DNA of 64,000 nt from an uncultured Planctomycetota bacterium (GTDB lineage Bacteria; Planctomycetota; Planctomycetia; Isosphaerales; Isosphaeraceae), in NCBI GenBank assembly GCA_963845755.1, contig CAWJTV010000011.1:160001-224000 (forward strand). Reading direction: 5' to 3'. Under the pieces are notes generated by a model, which did not search any database, had not been told where the DNA came from, and saw only the letters and a list, made by a program, of their open reading frames with translations. Every line of letters begins with the position of its first letter. Within the stretch, counting starts at the first letter, position 1. A program made the translations under genes and the position numbers. Positions 43,241 through 55,225 of the stretch are shown piece after piece.

Positions 43241-44263
43241 TCAATAGGCATCGGCACTGACGACCTCTCCGCCGGCCCGGGTGCCCAGGGCGTTCCAGGT
43301 GCTCAGGTTCACGGTCGCCTTGATGAATCGCACCGAGCCGTCCAGCATCAGCAGGTTCACGCCGCCGGGGTGGGACGAGCTGGGCCCGATGAACGAGTCG
43401 ACGTTGCCGAAGGCGGCCGTCATGGCGCATGCCGGCTGGTCCGGGGGCATGACGTGGTAATACGGCCCGCCCCGGCCGGTGTCCTGGAGCGTCCAGTATT
43501 CCCCCTTGAAGTCCCAGAGCGGAGTCCTGGCGGCCTGGCAGAGGTTGTAGTCGTTGAGCGGCCCGCCGTTGGCGTATTGCGCGATCGCGTAGACCAGGTT
43601 GAATCCCGGAGCATTCTGCCCCGACTTCCCCTTGATCCATTCGCTGAACCCGGCCGTGTTGCTGGTGCCGTCGGTGATGCCGGCGATCCGGACGAGGCTG
43701 CCATAGTAGGGGTTGCCGCCGATCCACCAGGCCGTGCCGTTGGTGCCACCGCCCGAATTCTGGCGATTCACCCCGCCATTGACTGCGTAGTTGACCGTGG
43801 TTACCGGGACGCTGAATCCCCCCGCGAGATCCTCGGCACTGCCCGGATTGGAATCCGATGGACAAAGATAGCCGGGGATCGCCGTGGACATGACGGTCGT
43901 GTTCGCCGGCACGGAGCTGCCGTTGAGCACGTCGCCCAGCGCGAAGTTATAAGCGTCGTAGACCGCCCGCTGCTCCAGGTAGTTGGTCAGCCGCAGGTGG
44001 ATCGAAGCGGTCTGAGGCACGCGACCGCTGCCACCCGAGTTGCCCAGGATGTCCACGCTCCCGGCCGGAGGGAAGACGTCGTAGGTCGTATGGTACTGGT
44101 GCATCGCCAGCCCAATCTGCTTCATGTTGTTGGTGCACTGCATGCGCCGCGCTGCCTCGCGCGCCGACTGCACGGCCGGCAGCAAGAGTGCAATCAAGAC
44201 CGCAATAATCGCGATCACCACCAGGAGCTCGATCAGGGTGAATCCCCTTCGTTGACGAAGCAT
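43241..44263 (-). CDS. DUF1559 prepilin-type / H-X9-DG protein
   Basis: [56 protein letters not shown]. Confidence 0.95.
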   Translation of the reverse strand: MLRQRRGFTLIELLVVIAIIAVLIALLLPAVQSAREAARRMQCTNNMKQIGLAMHQYHTTYDVFPPAGSVDILGNSGGSGRVPQTASIHLRLTNYLEQRAVYDAYNFALGDVLNGSSVPANTTVMSTAIPGYLCPSDSNPGSAEDLAGGFSVPVTTVNYAVNGGVNRQNSGGGTNGTAWWIGGNPYYGSLVRIAGITDGTSNTAGFSEWIKGKSGQNAPGFNLVYAIAQYANGGPLNDYNLCQAARTPLWDFKGEYWTLQDTGRGGPYYHVMPPDQPACAMTAAFGNVDSFIGPSSSHPGGVNLLMLDGSVRFIKATVNLSTWNALGTRAGGEVVSADAY

Positions 44264-44405
44264 GGCATCACCTCCCAGGAGCAATATTGCTCAATCCTCG
44301 TCCGACCGGACAAGAAAAGGTGGCCGGGCGGCGTGTCCGCTCTTCTCGGCCACGGCAATGAGTATTGATAGAGAGATCTCTGGTCCACCGGGCTGGGAGG
44401 GGGTA

Positions 44406-45020
44406 ATGGCCGTGGTGCATGAGAATTCCGTCACAATCTGGCTGGATGGGATCAAAGCCGGTGATGGTCCGGATATTCAGAGGCTCTGGAACCGATACTT
44501 CGAGCGGTTGGTGCGGCTGGCCGGCAAGAAGCTGCCGGCCCATTGTCGCCGGGCGTTCGATGAAGAGGATGTGGCGCTGAGCGCCTTCCAGAGCTTCTGC
44601 GACCGCGCCGGCCGGGGCCTGTTCCCGCAGTTGAACGACCGCGACGACCTCTGGCGGCTCCTGGCCACGATCACGGTACGCAAGGCGCTTGGTACGATGC
44701 GTCACCAGAGTCGTCAGAAGCGCGGCGGGGGCCAGGTGCTGGGCGAATCGGCCCTGTTGGTGGGCGGAGACCACGAGGGCGACGGCCTGGGCGAAGTCCT
44801 GGGCCGGGAGCCGACCCCGGAAGCGGTCGCCCGGTTTGCCGAGGAATACCAGCGATTCCTGGCCAGGCTGCAAGACCCGGCGCTGCGATCCATCGCCTTG
44901 CGCCGGCTGGAAGGCCAGACCGCCCCGGAGATCGCCGCCGCGACCCAGGTCTCCACCAAGACGATCGAGCGGAAGCTCCGGTTGATCCGTGCCCTCTGGA
45001 GCGAGGAGACCGTCGAGTGA
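44406..45020 (+). CDS. ECF sigma factor (planctomycete kinase-associated type)
   Basis: SVTIWLD..GD..LWNRYFERLVRLA..DEEDVALSAF; region 4 EIAAATQVSTKTIERKLRLIR. Confidence 0.88.
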   Translation: MAVVHENSVTIWLDGIKAGDGPDIQRLWNRYFERLVRLAGKKLPAHCRRAFDEEDVALSAFQSFCDRAGRGLFPQLNDRDDLWRLLATITVRKALGTMRHQSRQKRGGGQVLGESALLVGGDHEGDGLGEVLGREPTPEAVARFAEEYQRFLARLQDPALRSIALRRLEGQTAPEIAAATQVSTKTIERKLRLIRALWSEETVE

Positions 45021-47259
45021 AGTCCCGGGCAACGCTCAACGATCCGATCTTGCCGGTGGCCGAGTTCATCCAGATCGATGCGGCCTGCGACCGGTTCGAG
45101 GCCGCCTACCATGCCGGCGAGCGGCCGGATCTGGCCGCCTACCTGGCCGAGGTCCCCGCCGGGGCGCGGCTCGCGCTGTTTCGCAACCTCCTGAACCTGG
45201 ACCTCGAGTATCGGCAACGCGCCGGCGAGCAACCGGACCGAATAACCTACCGCGCGCAGTTCCCCGACCTGGCCGAGGTCGTCGAGTCGGTGTTCCACGG
45301 CCAGTTCGCGAGCCGGATGCCGACCCGGCTTCGCATGCGGAAAGACGCGGAGATCGATGCGTCCGGCGAGACCCGGACGGCCGTGATCGGCCAGGATGAG
45401 GAATCGATCACCCGGTCCGATGGAATGGGCGTGGATGCGTTCGACGAGCTGAGGTCGGCCGGATACGAAGTCACCCGACTGCTGGGGCGGGGCGGGATGG
45501 GCATCGTCTACCGGGCCCACCAGGTTGCCCTCAACCGCGAGGTCGCGCTCAAGTTGATCCGGTCCGGCAGCTTCGCCTCGGAGGCCGAGGTGGTGCGGTT
45601 CCAGAACGAGGCCGAGGCGGTGGCGCAGCTCGATCATCCGCACATCGTCCCGATCTACGAGGTCGGCCGGCATCGGCGTTATCACTTCTTCAGCATGAAA
45701 TTGATCGCCGGGACCAGCCTGGACAAGCGGCTCGAGGAGTTCGCCGCCGAGCCCGCGCCGCGGCCCGGCTGGTCGCCACGGTCGCCGAGGCCATCGACCA
45801 CGCCCATCGGCGCGGGATCCTCCATCGCGACCTGAAACCGGCGAATATCCTGCTGGACGATCGCGGCGAGCCGCATGTCACCGACTTCGGGCTGGCCAAG
45901 CGGCTCGACGCCGCGGGCCCCGAGATGACGCAATCGAACGCCCTGATCGGGACGCCGTCGTACATGTCGCCGGAGCAAGCGACCCGGTCGCGGGGGCGCT
46001 GATCGACGGCGACGGACGTCTACGGCCTGGGGACGATCCTGTATGCCTTGCTCACCCGCCGGGCGCCGTTTGCCGGCACCTCGCTGGTCGAGACGCTCGA
46101 CAAGGTGCGGAGCCATCCGCCCGAGGCCCCTTCGCGGCTCAATCCGGACGTGCCGCGCGGGCTGGAAGTCATCTGTCAGAAGTGCCTGGAAAAAGAGCCG
46201 AGCCGCCGGTACGCCGGTGCCCAGGAGCTGGCCGACGACCTGACCCGGTGGCAGAAGGGCGAGCCGATCCGGGCTCGTCCGGTCGGTCCGGCGGTCCGCG
46301 CCGCGATGTGGTGCCGTCGCAACCCGGCGCTGGCCACGGCGGCGATGCTCCTGACGCTTGCCCTGACCGGCGGGTTTGCGGGCGTGATCTGGCAATGGCG
46401 CAAGACCGAGCACAATCGCGCCCTGGCCGAGAAAGTCGTCGAGTTTGTGACGCTTCGGCTGCTGGCCCAGGCCGACGCCGAGCACGACCCGCTGGGCAAG
46501 AACCTGAAGGTTCGCGAGTTGCTCGACCGCGCCGCGGCCGAGCTCGGCGGCTGGGCCGGCGACCAGCTCGACATCGAGGCGCGGCTTCGCGAGATGATTG
46601 GCGGGGCTTATCTCTCGCTCGGCGAGTACCCGCGCGCGGAGGAACAACTCAGCCAGGCGATCCGGATCGACATACGGGTCCAGGGGCCGGGCGGCCGGGG
46701 CACGCTCGGGGCCACCAACCTGATGGCCACCCTCCTCGACCGGACGGGCCGATCCCCCGAGGCCGAGCCGCTGCTCCGCCGCAACCTCCACGACGCCCGC
46801 CGCTTCCTCGGTCTGGACGACTCCCTCACGCTCGACGCCGCCGAACGACTCGGCTCCGTGCTGTGGCACCTGGGCAAGTTGGATGAGGCCGAGGCCGTGC
46901 TCCGCAAGAATGTGAGCGACCGCAGCCGTGTGCTCCAGCCGGAGCATGCCGACACGCTCCGATCCCTCTACCTCCTCAGCCGGTTCCTCCGCGAGCGCGG
47001 CCGGCTCGACGAAGCCCAGAGGATGGCCTACGACTACGCTCACAGCGTCCAGTGCACGCGGGGCTCGAACCACCCCGACGTCATCGCCGCGATCAGCAAC
47101 CAGGGGGACGTGGCCCGCGACCAGGGAAAGCTGGCCGAGGCCGAGCTGTTCTATCATCGCGCGGCGGTCGAGGCCGAACGCATCCGCGGCCCCGATCATC
47201 CGACCACCCTCGCCGCCGAGAAGACCTGGGAAGCGTTGCTCCGCGCGATGGGGCGATAA
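45017..47259 (+). CDS. Ser/Thr protein kinase with transmembrane segment and TPR repeats, indels near 45755 and 46000
   Basis: [57 protein letters not shown]-terminal TPR-like repeats with HPD/HPT motifs. Confidence 0.9.
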
Positions 47260-47322
47260 ATGTTTACATATGATCATTGAAGTGCAGTGACTCAAGCATC
47301 TTCTGGCACGCTGTCCCGTTGG

Positions 47323-47624
47323 CTCGTTCCCACGCTCGCGTGGGAATGTCGTCTGGGACGCTCTGCGTCAACGTCTTCGAAGGAAGCCCTCCGCGAATCA
47401 TTGAGACTGACGCGATGATGTGCCCGAAGTCGAGCGACATCCGCGACCAGTCGGTGGATTGGGGCGAAGTTTGCGATCCGACCCCTGGGAGACCCGGCGG
47501 CGCACGGAACTCTGCCGAAGGGGGGTCATGAGTTTCGGTGACAACCGAGTGGTCATTCGGGATCGAAGACAAAGACGACGCGGAGCGTCGAAGGCGGCAT
47601 TCCCACGCGGAGCGTGGGAACGAG
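47323..47624. repeat. REP-like inverted pair (CGTTCCCACGC type) enclosing ~200 bp
   Basis: ctcgttcccacgctcgcgtgggaatg..gacgctctgcgtc (47323-47369) inverted with gacgcggagcgtc..cattcccacgcggagcgtgggaacgag (47577-47624). Confidence 0.75.
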
Positions 47625-48203
47625 TTAAGACGCATATTCTGGTGTGTTGCCGCGTTTCCATTTGATGTTGCACCCCACGCTGGGCCGCTGATCGTCGCCG
47701 ACCGGCCGGCCGGCGAGGACGGCGTCCAGGGCCGCCCGGAGGTCCTGGCCCGTGACGGGGCTGGCGTTACCCGGCCGGCTTCCGTCCAACTGACCGCGAT
47801 AGACGAGCTTCTGGCCCTTGTCGAAGACGTAGAAGTCGGGCGTGCAGGCGGCGCGGTAGGCCTTGGCAACCTCCTGGGTCTCGTCGTAGAGATAGGGGAA
47901 CGTGTAGCCCGTCGCGGCCTTTTCCCGGACCATCATCTCCGGGCTGTCCTCGGGGTAGCCGACCGCGTCGTTGGAGTTGATCCCGACGGTGGCCACGCCT
48001 TTCTCGCGGTAATCCTTCGCCAGCGCGGCCAGTTGATGACGGACGTGCTTGACGTAAGGGCAATGGTTGCAGAGGAAGACGACCAGGAGCGCCGGAGCAC
48101 CCGCGAATTCGTCAAGGGTGACGATCCGGCCGTCGGTATCGCGCAGGCGAAAGCCCGGGGCCTGGGTGCCGAGGGGGAGCATGGTCGAAGGGGTCAGTGA
48201 CAT
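47625..48203 (-). CDS. Thioredoxin-fold AhpC/TSA family protein
   Basis: FLCNHCPYV, INSND..YPEDS, YLYDETQEVAKAYRAACTPDF, YRGQLD, GCNIKW. Confidence 0.92.
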   Translation of the reverse strand: MSLTPSTMLPLGTQAPGFRLRDTDGRIVTLDEFAGAPALLVVFLCNHCPYVKHVRHQLAALAKDYREKGVATVGINSNDAVGYPEDSPEMMVREKAATGYTFPYLYDETQEVAKAYRAACTPDFYVFDKGQKLVYRGQLDGSRPGNASPVTGQDLRAALDAVLAGRPVGDDQRPSVGCNIKWKRGNTPEYAS

Positions 48204-48267
48204 GGGTTGAGTCCTCCTGTCGCTGCGGGCATCCGTTACGAGTCATTTGACGATTGCCACCAGCCTA

Positions 48268-48493
48268 ACGCGGCCGTCGGCCGCGGCCCAACGGGAATTC
48301 CCGATTCGAGATTCGAGATTCGAGATTCGAGATTCCCGATTCCCGATTCCCGATTCGAGATTCGAGATTCCCGATTCCCGATTCGAGATTCGAGATTCGA
48401 GATTCCCGATTCCCGATTCGAGATTCCAGATTCAAAAGAAAGGAATCGCCTCCATCGGGAGTATGGAATCTCGAATCTCGAATCTCGAATTCC
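48268..48493. repeat. Heptamer tandem-array element, copy A
   Basis: Nineteen ATTCGAG/ATTCCCG-type units at 48297-48429, then inverted GAATCTC x3 near 48466-48490; GC palindrome leader at 48268. Confidence 0.85.
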
Positions 48494-48600
48494 CAAGAAT
48501 TGCGCACCGCGCAAAGATTCTACGAAGGTAGACTCTATAATAGGGTTCTCCTGGACGCGAGAGCCCCACTCGAACCCGACTCCCGAGGACCCAACAGGTC

Positions 48601-49656
48601 ATGCGATGGGACATGCTGCCGGCGATCGTTCTGCCGATCGCGACTCTGCTGATGATCGGTCTGGATGCGGCTCCAACACGGGGAGCCGACAGCGAGCCGG
48701 TGCGACTGATCTTCGACACCGACATCTGCGGCGACTGCGACGACGTGCTGGCCCTCGGCATGATCCACGCGCTCCAATCGCGCGGCGAGTGCCGGCTGCT
48801 GGCCGTGACGATCAGTGTCGATCACGAGCAGGCCGCGCCGTTCGTCGATGCGGTCAACACCTTCTACGGCCGCGGCGAGATCCCCATCGGCGTGGTCGGG
48901 CAGGGGGGTGTCGTCGAGAAGAGCGCGTTTCTCTCGCTCGTAGAGGAGAAGGATGCCGAGGGCCGGTACCGCTATCCCCATGACCGGACTTCGAGCCGTC
49001 CGAGCGCGACTGCGGTCCTCCGCAAGGCCCTGGCCGCTCAGCCGGATCATTCGGTCGTGATCGCCCAGGTCGGCTTCTCGACAAACCTGGCCCGGCTGCT
49101 CGACTCGCCCCCGGACGAGTACTCGCCGTTGAGCGGTGTCGAGCTGGTCAAGAGTAAGGTCAAACGACTCTCGCTGATGGCCGGGGCGTTTCAGCCGATC
49201 GACCTCGATCTCCGCTATCGAGAATACAATGTCGTCAAGGACGTCAAGAGTGCCCGGACGCTGGCCGAACGTTGGCCGACGCCCATGCTTTTCAGCGGCT
49301 TTGAGATCGGGATCGCGCTGCCTTATCCCGCGACGAGCATCGAGCGCGATTACCGCTACGTGCCGCATCATCCCCTCGCCGAGGCGTACATCAGGCGCAA
49401 CCCGCCGCCGCACAATCGCCCGACCTGGGACCTGACCAGCGTGCTGGTCGCGGTCCTCGGCGACCGCGGTTACTTCGACCTCTCGCCGAACGGCAAGGTG
49501 ACCGTCAACCCGGACGGTTCCACGCAGTTCGTCGAATCGCCGCAGGGCAAGGATCGCTACCTGATCCTCCGGCCCGAGCAGAAACCACGCGTGCTCGAGG
49601 CCTTGGTCCAGCTCTCCAGCCAGCCGCCGACGCGATCTGAGTCATCCAGGCCGTGA
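48601..49656 (+). CDS. Nucleoside hydrolase family protein (secreted)
   Basis: Signal peptide; LIFDTDICGDCDDVLAL, STNLARLL, LMAG, EYNV, RPTWD. Confidence 0.88.
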   Translation: MRWDMLPAIVLPIATLLMIGLDAAPTRGADSEPVRLIFDTDICGDCDDVLALGMIHALQSRGECRLLAVTISVDHEQAAPFVDAVNTFYGRGEIPIGVVGQGGVVEKSAFLSLVEEKDAEGRYRYPHDRTSSRPSATAVLRKALAAQPDHSVVIAQVGFSTNLARLLDSPPDEYSPLSGVELVKSKVKRLSLMAGAFQPIDLDLRYREYNVVKDVKSARTLAERWPTPMLFSGFEIGIALPYPATSIERDYRYVPHHPLAEAYIRRNPPPHNRPTWDLTSVLVAVLGDRGYFDLSPNGKVTVNPDGSTQFVESPQGKDRYLILRPEQKPRVLEALVQLSSQPPTRSESSRP

Positions 49657-49745
49657 AGCGAAACCTCGGCGCACTTCCTCGTTCCTCGTCAGCCCTCGAG
49701 ACGACAAGGGAGGCGGTCCGCGGAATCCCGCCGCGCCTGACGCCC

Positions 49746-52663
49746 TCAGTGCGATCCGGAGCGGCTCGGATAGCCGGGCAGGGGGGTCGGCCGGGCGTGT
49801 CCCTCCTTCAACAGGTAGCCGGCATCGGCTGGCAAAGGGCCGAAGCGATCCACCCGCCCTGAGGGCCAGGCCACCTCGATCGACTCGACCTGGCGGGCGT
49901 CGCCGAGGCCGAAGTGGAGCCTCGGGTCGGAGGCCGACTGGTAGCTCCCTCCACCGAATCGCCAGGCGCTCTGGCGCCGGCCGCCCGCGATGATGGTCAC
50001 CCGGGCGCCAACGGCGTCGCGATGGGAGGCCGTCCCTTCCAGGCGGAGAGTCAGGGCATGGCCGCCGTGAGGGTCCGGTTGTGGAAGTAGGCCAAAGGCC
50101 CGTCTTGCGCGAGGAGCAGGAAGTCGATGCGACCGTCGTTGTCCAGGTCGCCCACCGCCAAGCCCCGACCGACCCGCGGGACTTGCCAGGGCGGACCGGC
50201 TCGGTCGCTGACGTCGGTCAATCGCCCTCCCTCGCTGCCCATCAGGAGCTGTGCGGGCATGGCGTAGGGGATCTCCGGGCGGAAGTCGTCAACGTGGCCG
50301 TTGGCGATGGCGAGGTCGAGCTGTCCGTCGTTGTCCGCGTCCAGGAACGCGATGCCGAATCCGAGGCGATAGCGCGTCGGGACCGCCAGGCCGAGCTCAA
50401 CGGTGTGGTCGACGAAAGCGCCACCGCCGAGATTGTGGTAGAGCGTCGTTGATTCATTGTAGAAATTGGTGACGGCCAGGTCGGGCCGGCCGTCGCCGTC
50501 GAGGTCTCCGCAGGCCACCCCCATGCCCGCCTGGTAGCCGCCTTGCCCGTTGGCGGCCAGGCCCGAGGAATCGCCGACTTCCTCGAATTTCAGGCCACCG
50601 AGGTTGCGGAAGACGTAGTTGGCCGACTGGTCGTTGGCCACGAACAGGTCGAGCCGCCCGTCGCCGTCGAGGTCGGTCGCGACCACCCCCAGCCCCTGAC
50701 CATGCCAGTCGTTGATGCCGGCTGCTTTCGTGACGTTGACGAACCGGCCCCCGTCGTTGCGGAAGAGGTGATCCGGCAGCGACGGGAATCGCTCGGGCGC
50801 ACAATAGCTGTGTCGCCGCTTCTCATCGTCCCAGCAAAGGCGCGGGTGCTCGGCATCCCACTCGAGGTAGTGGCAGACGTAGAGGTCGAGGTCGCCGTCG
50901 CCATCCAGATCGGCGAAGGCGGCTGAGGTCGGCCAGTCGCGAGGGCCGCCCAGGCCGGCGGCCTCCGTCACATTCCGGAAGGTCCCGTCCCCCTGATTGC
51001 GATAAAGAGCATAAGCGCGCCATCGGGTGACGAACAGGTCGGGATGGCCGTCGTTGTCATAATCGCCGACGGCCACGCCGTGTCCGTAGCCCTGCGTGAG
51101 TTTCGCGATGCCGGAGGCGGCCGTGGCGTCCGCGAAGGTGCCGTCCCCCTGATTGCGGAAGAGGCGGTCACCACCCTGAGGCGCTTTCGGGTCGGGAGGG
51201 AAGGGGCCGCCCTGGACGAGGTAGACGTCGAGCCAGCCGTCGCCGTTGTAGTCGAGCAGGCCGATGCCCCCGCTCATGGTCTCGGGAATCTGTCGGGAGG
51301 GGGTTGCGCCGTTGTCGAAGCGGAAGCGGAGACCGACGGCTTCGGCGTCATCCGTGAAGGCTGGGGGAGCCGAGAGTCGTTCTCGGGGGTGCGCCGCCGC
51401 GGAGGAGAGTGAGGCCGCACCGAGCTCTGCGAACAGGCCGGCGAGCGTCGCGCCGGCTCGGGTAGACCTGGCCTGGGCCAGTCGCGACAGCGCCGCACGC
51501 GCCTCTTTGTGGCTGGGGGTGCTTTCGAGGACCAAGGTCCAGAGGGCCCGGGCCTCGAACGTCCGGCCGAGCACCTCGGCGAGGCGCGCCATCTCGTTGA
51601 CATGGCGGATCGCCTCGGCGCTGGGTCGGGTCACCAGCATCTCATAGCGGATCTTGGCCAGATCCATCTCAGCCTTCTGCTTGCGGAGCCGGGCGGCTCG
51701 CTCGGCCCGGCCGGCTCTCAGCTCGAGCTCGGCCAGCCGCTCCAAGGCCGGGAAATGACTGGGGGCAATCTTGAGGAGCTCTTCCAGCCGCTGATGCTCC
51801 CGCTCGAGGTCACCAGCCTGGGCGGCGAACCAGACGCCCAGAGCCAGGACCTCCTGCGGGGGGACGCTTGCTGGCGGCAGATGCTCGAGGGCCCTTCGTG
51901 CCTCGGCCACCTCGCCAGTCGCCAAGGCCCATTCCAGGCGGCCCCGCCAGACGGCCGCGTCGGTCGGTCGGCGCCGCATGCAGTCGTCGAGCCGGCGCTT
52001 CGCATCGGCGAACTGGCCGGTGCGGATGGCGAGGTTGGCACGACCGAGCCAGATCCGATCATCGTCTGGAGCGTTCTCCGCCGCCTTCTCCAGGGCCGGC
52101 CAGATCCTCTCGATCGGGACGGGGTTGATCGAATCCAGGTTCGCCAGTTGCCGGAGCAACCCCATCCGGTCGGGATAACTGTCCCAGGCTTCCTGGATCA
52201 CGGGTCGCAAGTCGGCGAATCGCCCTTCGAGCCGGAACAGGGCGACGAGCGTCTCGCGGGCCTCGAGGGCGTGCTGGCCCGAAGCGCGGAGTGCCGCCGG
52301 GAGCAGCGCTTCGGCCGCGGAGAACTGGTCTCGCTTGAGCAGCAGCCTCACACGAAGCATGGCCGCATGTCCGGCGAAGGGGGAATCGGACGGCACGCGA
52401 GACCAGGCCGCCAGGGCGGAGTCGGGACGACCGAGGGCCTGTTCGCAAGCCCCCAGCAAGAACGTCACCTCTCCCTCGCCGGGCCACCGGACCGCCGCAT
52501 CGGAAAGCAACCGACACGCCTCGGCGGGCGAGCCGGCGGCGATCCGGGCCTTGGCCTGCGCCAGTTTCGCCCGATATTGCCACGAATCGACGCCACGCGC
52601 CGTCCCCCACGCGGCCAACATCAAGGCGATACCCAGGACCACGAACAGCCGACGCCGACGCAT
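49746..52663 (-). CDS. CRTAC1-like TPR + FG-GAP + ASPIC/UnbV protein, frameshift near 50060
   Basis: Many D.DGDG..D FG-GAP motifs; C-terminal GGGSYQSASDPRLHFGLG..EVAWPSG. Confidence 0.9.
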
Positions 52664-52783
52664 CCCACCCTCCCCGTGGACCCCACACAGGCCGTGGTAC
52701 CGGTCCTCCGTTGACGTGTGCCCCGATTCGTCTTAAGATCCAAGCTTGATCATCCACATGATCACTGCCAATCTCAAAGTCTG

Positions 52784-52975
52784 ACGCGGCCTTCGGCTGC
52801 AGCCGGACAGGGATTCCGGATTCGAGATTCCGGATTTGGGATTCCGGATTCGAGATTCCGGATTCGAGATTCCGGATTCGAGATTCCGGAGTCGAGATTC
52901 CGGAGTCGGGATTCCAGAGTCGGGAAGACGGAATCGTCTCCATCCGGAATCTGGGATGTTGAATCTTGAATGGAA
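52784..52975. repeat. Heptamer tandem-array element, copy B
   Basis: Sixteen units at 52813-52924 alternating ATTCCGG with ATTCGAG/AGTCGRG; same leader (acgcggccttcggctgcagcc) and internal ggaatcgYctccatc as copy A. Confidence 0.85.
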
Positions 52976-53036
52976 ACTGTTGAATCGAGGATTCCTCAGA
53001 TGCTCGCACGAGGATCCCCGTAGGGAGGTGATCCGA

Positions 53037-53858
53037 ATGGAAACGCGCGAACCGAACCCGATTCCTTCGTCTCCTCCGGCCCGCGCCGCAGGCGGCAGCT
53101 CGGCCCCCTCCACCGACACCGGAGGCACTCCCGTGCGCGGCCGAGCCGGGGCGATCCGCTTCTGGGCGTTGGGAGCCGGAGTGACGGCAACGCTCCTGTC
53201 CTGGCTGCTCATCGAAGCCACGCTCGGCAGCTTCAAACCGAAGGGCACGGCGAACCAGTTCATGGGTTCGACCTTCCTGATCCCGGGGGCCCAGGAGCGG
53301 GCTTCCTCGGAGACCCGGAACGCGGTCCTGGCCTTCGGGCTGATGGGTGCGGCCGTGGGGCTCGTGTTGGGCGCGACAGGGGGCCTGGTGCGGCGCTCCA
53401 CCCGTACCGCGTCGGCAGCCGTTCTTGGCCTGGTACTGGGTGCAGCCGCGGGGAGCGGAGCCGCACTGGTCGCCGTACCGGCCGCCTCTCGCGTCCACGA
53501 ACGCGATCCGGGGAACATGGCCCTCGAGATGGCCTCGTCGCTCCTGGCTCGCGGCGGGCCGTGGGGGGCCATCGGCGCCGTCGGAGGGCTGGCTTTCGGG
53601 ATCGGTCTGGGCGGCCGGGGCCGAGCCGTCCGAGGCTTGCTCGGCGGTCTCGCGGGTGCTATCGCCGGCGCGATCCTTTTCGAAGTCGTCGGAGCGCTGG
53701 CTTTGCCGGGTACCAAGACGATGGAGCCCATCGCCGCCACGTGGGGCATTCGCCTGCTCGCACAGTTCTTGGCGGTCATCTCCACGGCAGCCGGAGTTGC
53801 CGCATTCGTTTCGGATTCCGCCGACCGGCCAACCCAGGAGATATTCCATACGTTCTGA
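53037..53858 (+). CDS. Gly/Ala-rich multi-pass membrane protein
   Basis: About 6 hydrophobic Gly-rich helices; GGAGG upstream. Confidence 0.7.
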   Translation: METREPNPIPSSPPARAAGGSSAPSTDTGGTPVRGRAGAIRFWALGAGVTATLLSWLLIEATLGSFKPKGTANQFMGSTFLIPGAQERASSETRNAVLAFGLMGAAVGLVLGATGGLVRRSTRTASAAVLGLVLGAAAGSGAALVAVPAASRVHERDPGNMALEMASSLLARGGPWGAIGAVGGLAFGIGLGGRGRAVRGLLGGLAGAIAGAILFEVVGALALPGTKTMEPIAATWGIRLLAQFLAVISTAAGVAAFVSDSADRPTQEIFHTF

Positions 53859-53957
53859 ATGAGAATCCGTGTCAGTGGAGGGCCAGACCCGAGACGAATC
53901 TGGCCCTCAGAATTCCTCGAATTCGGAGAATCCTGCAATCTTCAGCCGATCGATACG

Positions 53958-55100
53958 CTAGTAGGCGTCGGAGCTGATGACTTCGCCGTTCGCCTTGGTC
54001 CCGAGGCTCCACCACGTCATCCGGTTGATGCTGTCCTTGACGAAGCGAGCACTGCCGTCGGCGAACAAGACGTTGCATCCGCCGGGGTGATTGCTCGCGG
54101 CTCCGATGCTGAAGCTCGCGTCGGGCCAGGAGTTTGATCCGACAGAAAAATTCTCCCGACAGCCGCCGATCGGGTACTGGTGATCGTTGGGCGTCTGCAT
54201 CATGTTAAACATCGAATAACCGGAGGCGCCCAGACCCCACCGCCAGCCTTTGATGTCGGTGATGCCGGTCGTCGTGGTCATAAACTGGCTGGTGCATACC
54301 TGGAGATTGTCGAGTACCGTTTTCGGATTGGCGTACGCATCGTAGAGGGTGCCAGGGTCGGTCTCGACGGACGCGACGCCTGTCATCAAATTGCCACGGT
54401 AGCGGCTGGGCGGATTCGATCCGCCGAACACTACACCCCGACCGTCACCGACCAGCCACTCGGCGTAGGCAACGGTGTTCGAGGTACCATCGGTGCAGTT
54501 CCTGATCCCGTAGGCCAGCGCAAAGGTGAACATCCCGGTCGATCCGGACGGTTGCTGATTATAGTAAGGCGGCCCGCCCGGAGCACTCCAGTTCACGATG
54601 TAGAGCGGCAGACCGGTCGTGGCGAAGCAGGAGGCATAGTTGTTGATGTTCTGGTGGCCCCCGCCCGAGTAGGGATCGGAAGGGCACACGAACGAATTGA
54701 TCAGCGTGTGGGTGGCCGTCGTATTGATGCCCCCAGTTCCGTCGCTCGTCGTCGTTCCGGTTGCCAGCGGGCCCCAGTTGAAATTGATCGCGTTGTACAG
54801 CGGCGTCTGCTCCACAAAGCCGAGCATGAGGGCCTGGGCGCTCCAGGACGCCCAAACGCCTGGATCGTTCGCCGTATCAACCGGATTGAACGAAGTTCCC
54901 ATTGGGAAGACATCGTTGGTGGAGTGGTAGTTGTGCAGAGCAAGTCCGATCTGCTTGAGATTGTTGGTGCATTGTGCACGCCGGGCCGCCTCGCGGGCCG
55001 ACTGCACCGCCGGCAGCAAGAGCGCGATGAGAACGGCAATGATGGCGATGACCACCAACAGTTCGATCAGCGTAAAACCGCGACGGGATGATGAATTCAC
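53958..55100 (-). CDS. DUF1559 prepilin-type / H-X9-DG protein
   Basis: [17 protein letters not shown]..; [18 protein letters not shown]. Confidence 0.95.
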   Translation of the reverse strand: MNSSSRRGFTLIELLVVIAIIAVLIALLLPAVQSAREAARRAQCTNNLKQIGLALHNYHSTNDVFPMGTSFNPVDTANDPGVWASWSAQALMLGFVEQTPLYNAINFNWGPLATGTTTSDGTGGINTTATHTLINSFVCPSDPYSGGGHQNINNYASCFATTGLPLYIVNWSAPGGPPYYNQQPSGSTGMFTFALAYGIRNCTDGTSNTVAYAEWLVGDGRGVVFGGSNPPSRYRGNLMTGVASVETDPGTLYDAYANPKTVLDNLQVCTSQFMTTTTGITDIKGWRWGLGASGYSMFNMMQTPNDHQYPIGGCRENFSVGSNSWPDASFSIGAASNHPGGCNVLFADGSARFVKDSINRMTWWSLGTKANGEVISSDAY

Positions 55101-55225
55101 GTGAAACCTCCTCAAGTCACGCGACACATGGGTCGATTGACGACTCCCAGGGGTGAGTTACGAGACTGGCACGATGCGGGTGGGCGAAACCGGCCCCGGC
55201 GATCGAATCGCGGTCCGATGCGTGC

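Noticed and set aside
48207..48531. Repeat proteins (IRDSRFE / ESRISNL) here and at 52718-52969
   Set aside because: 7-bp arrays without stops are open in all frames on both strands, with no sign of real coding. The units are also too short and lack spacers for CRISPR.
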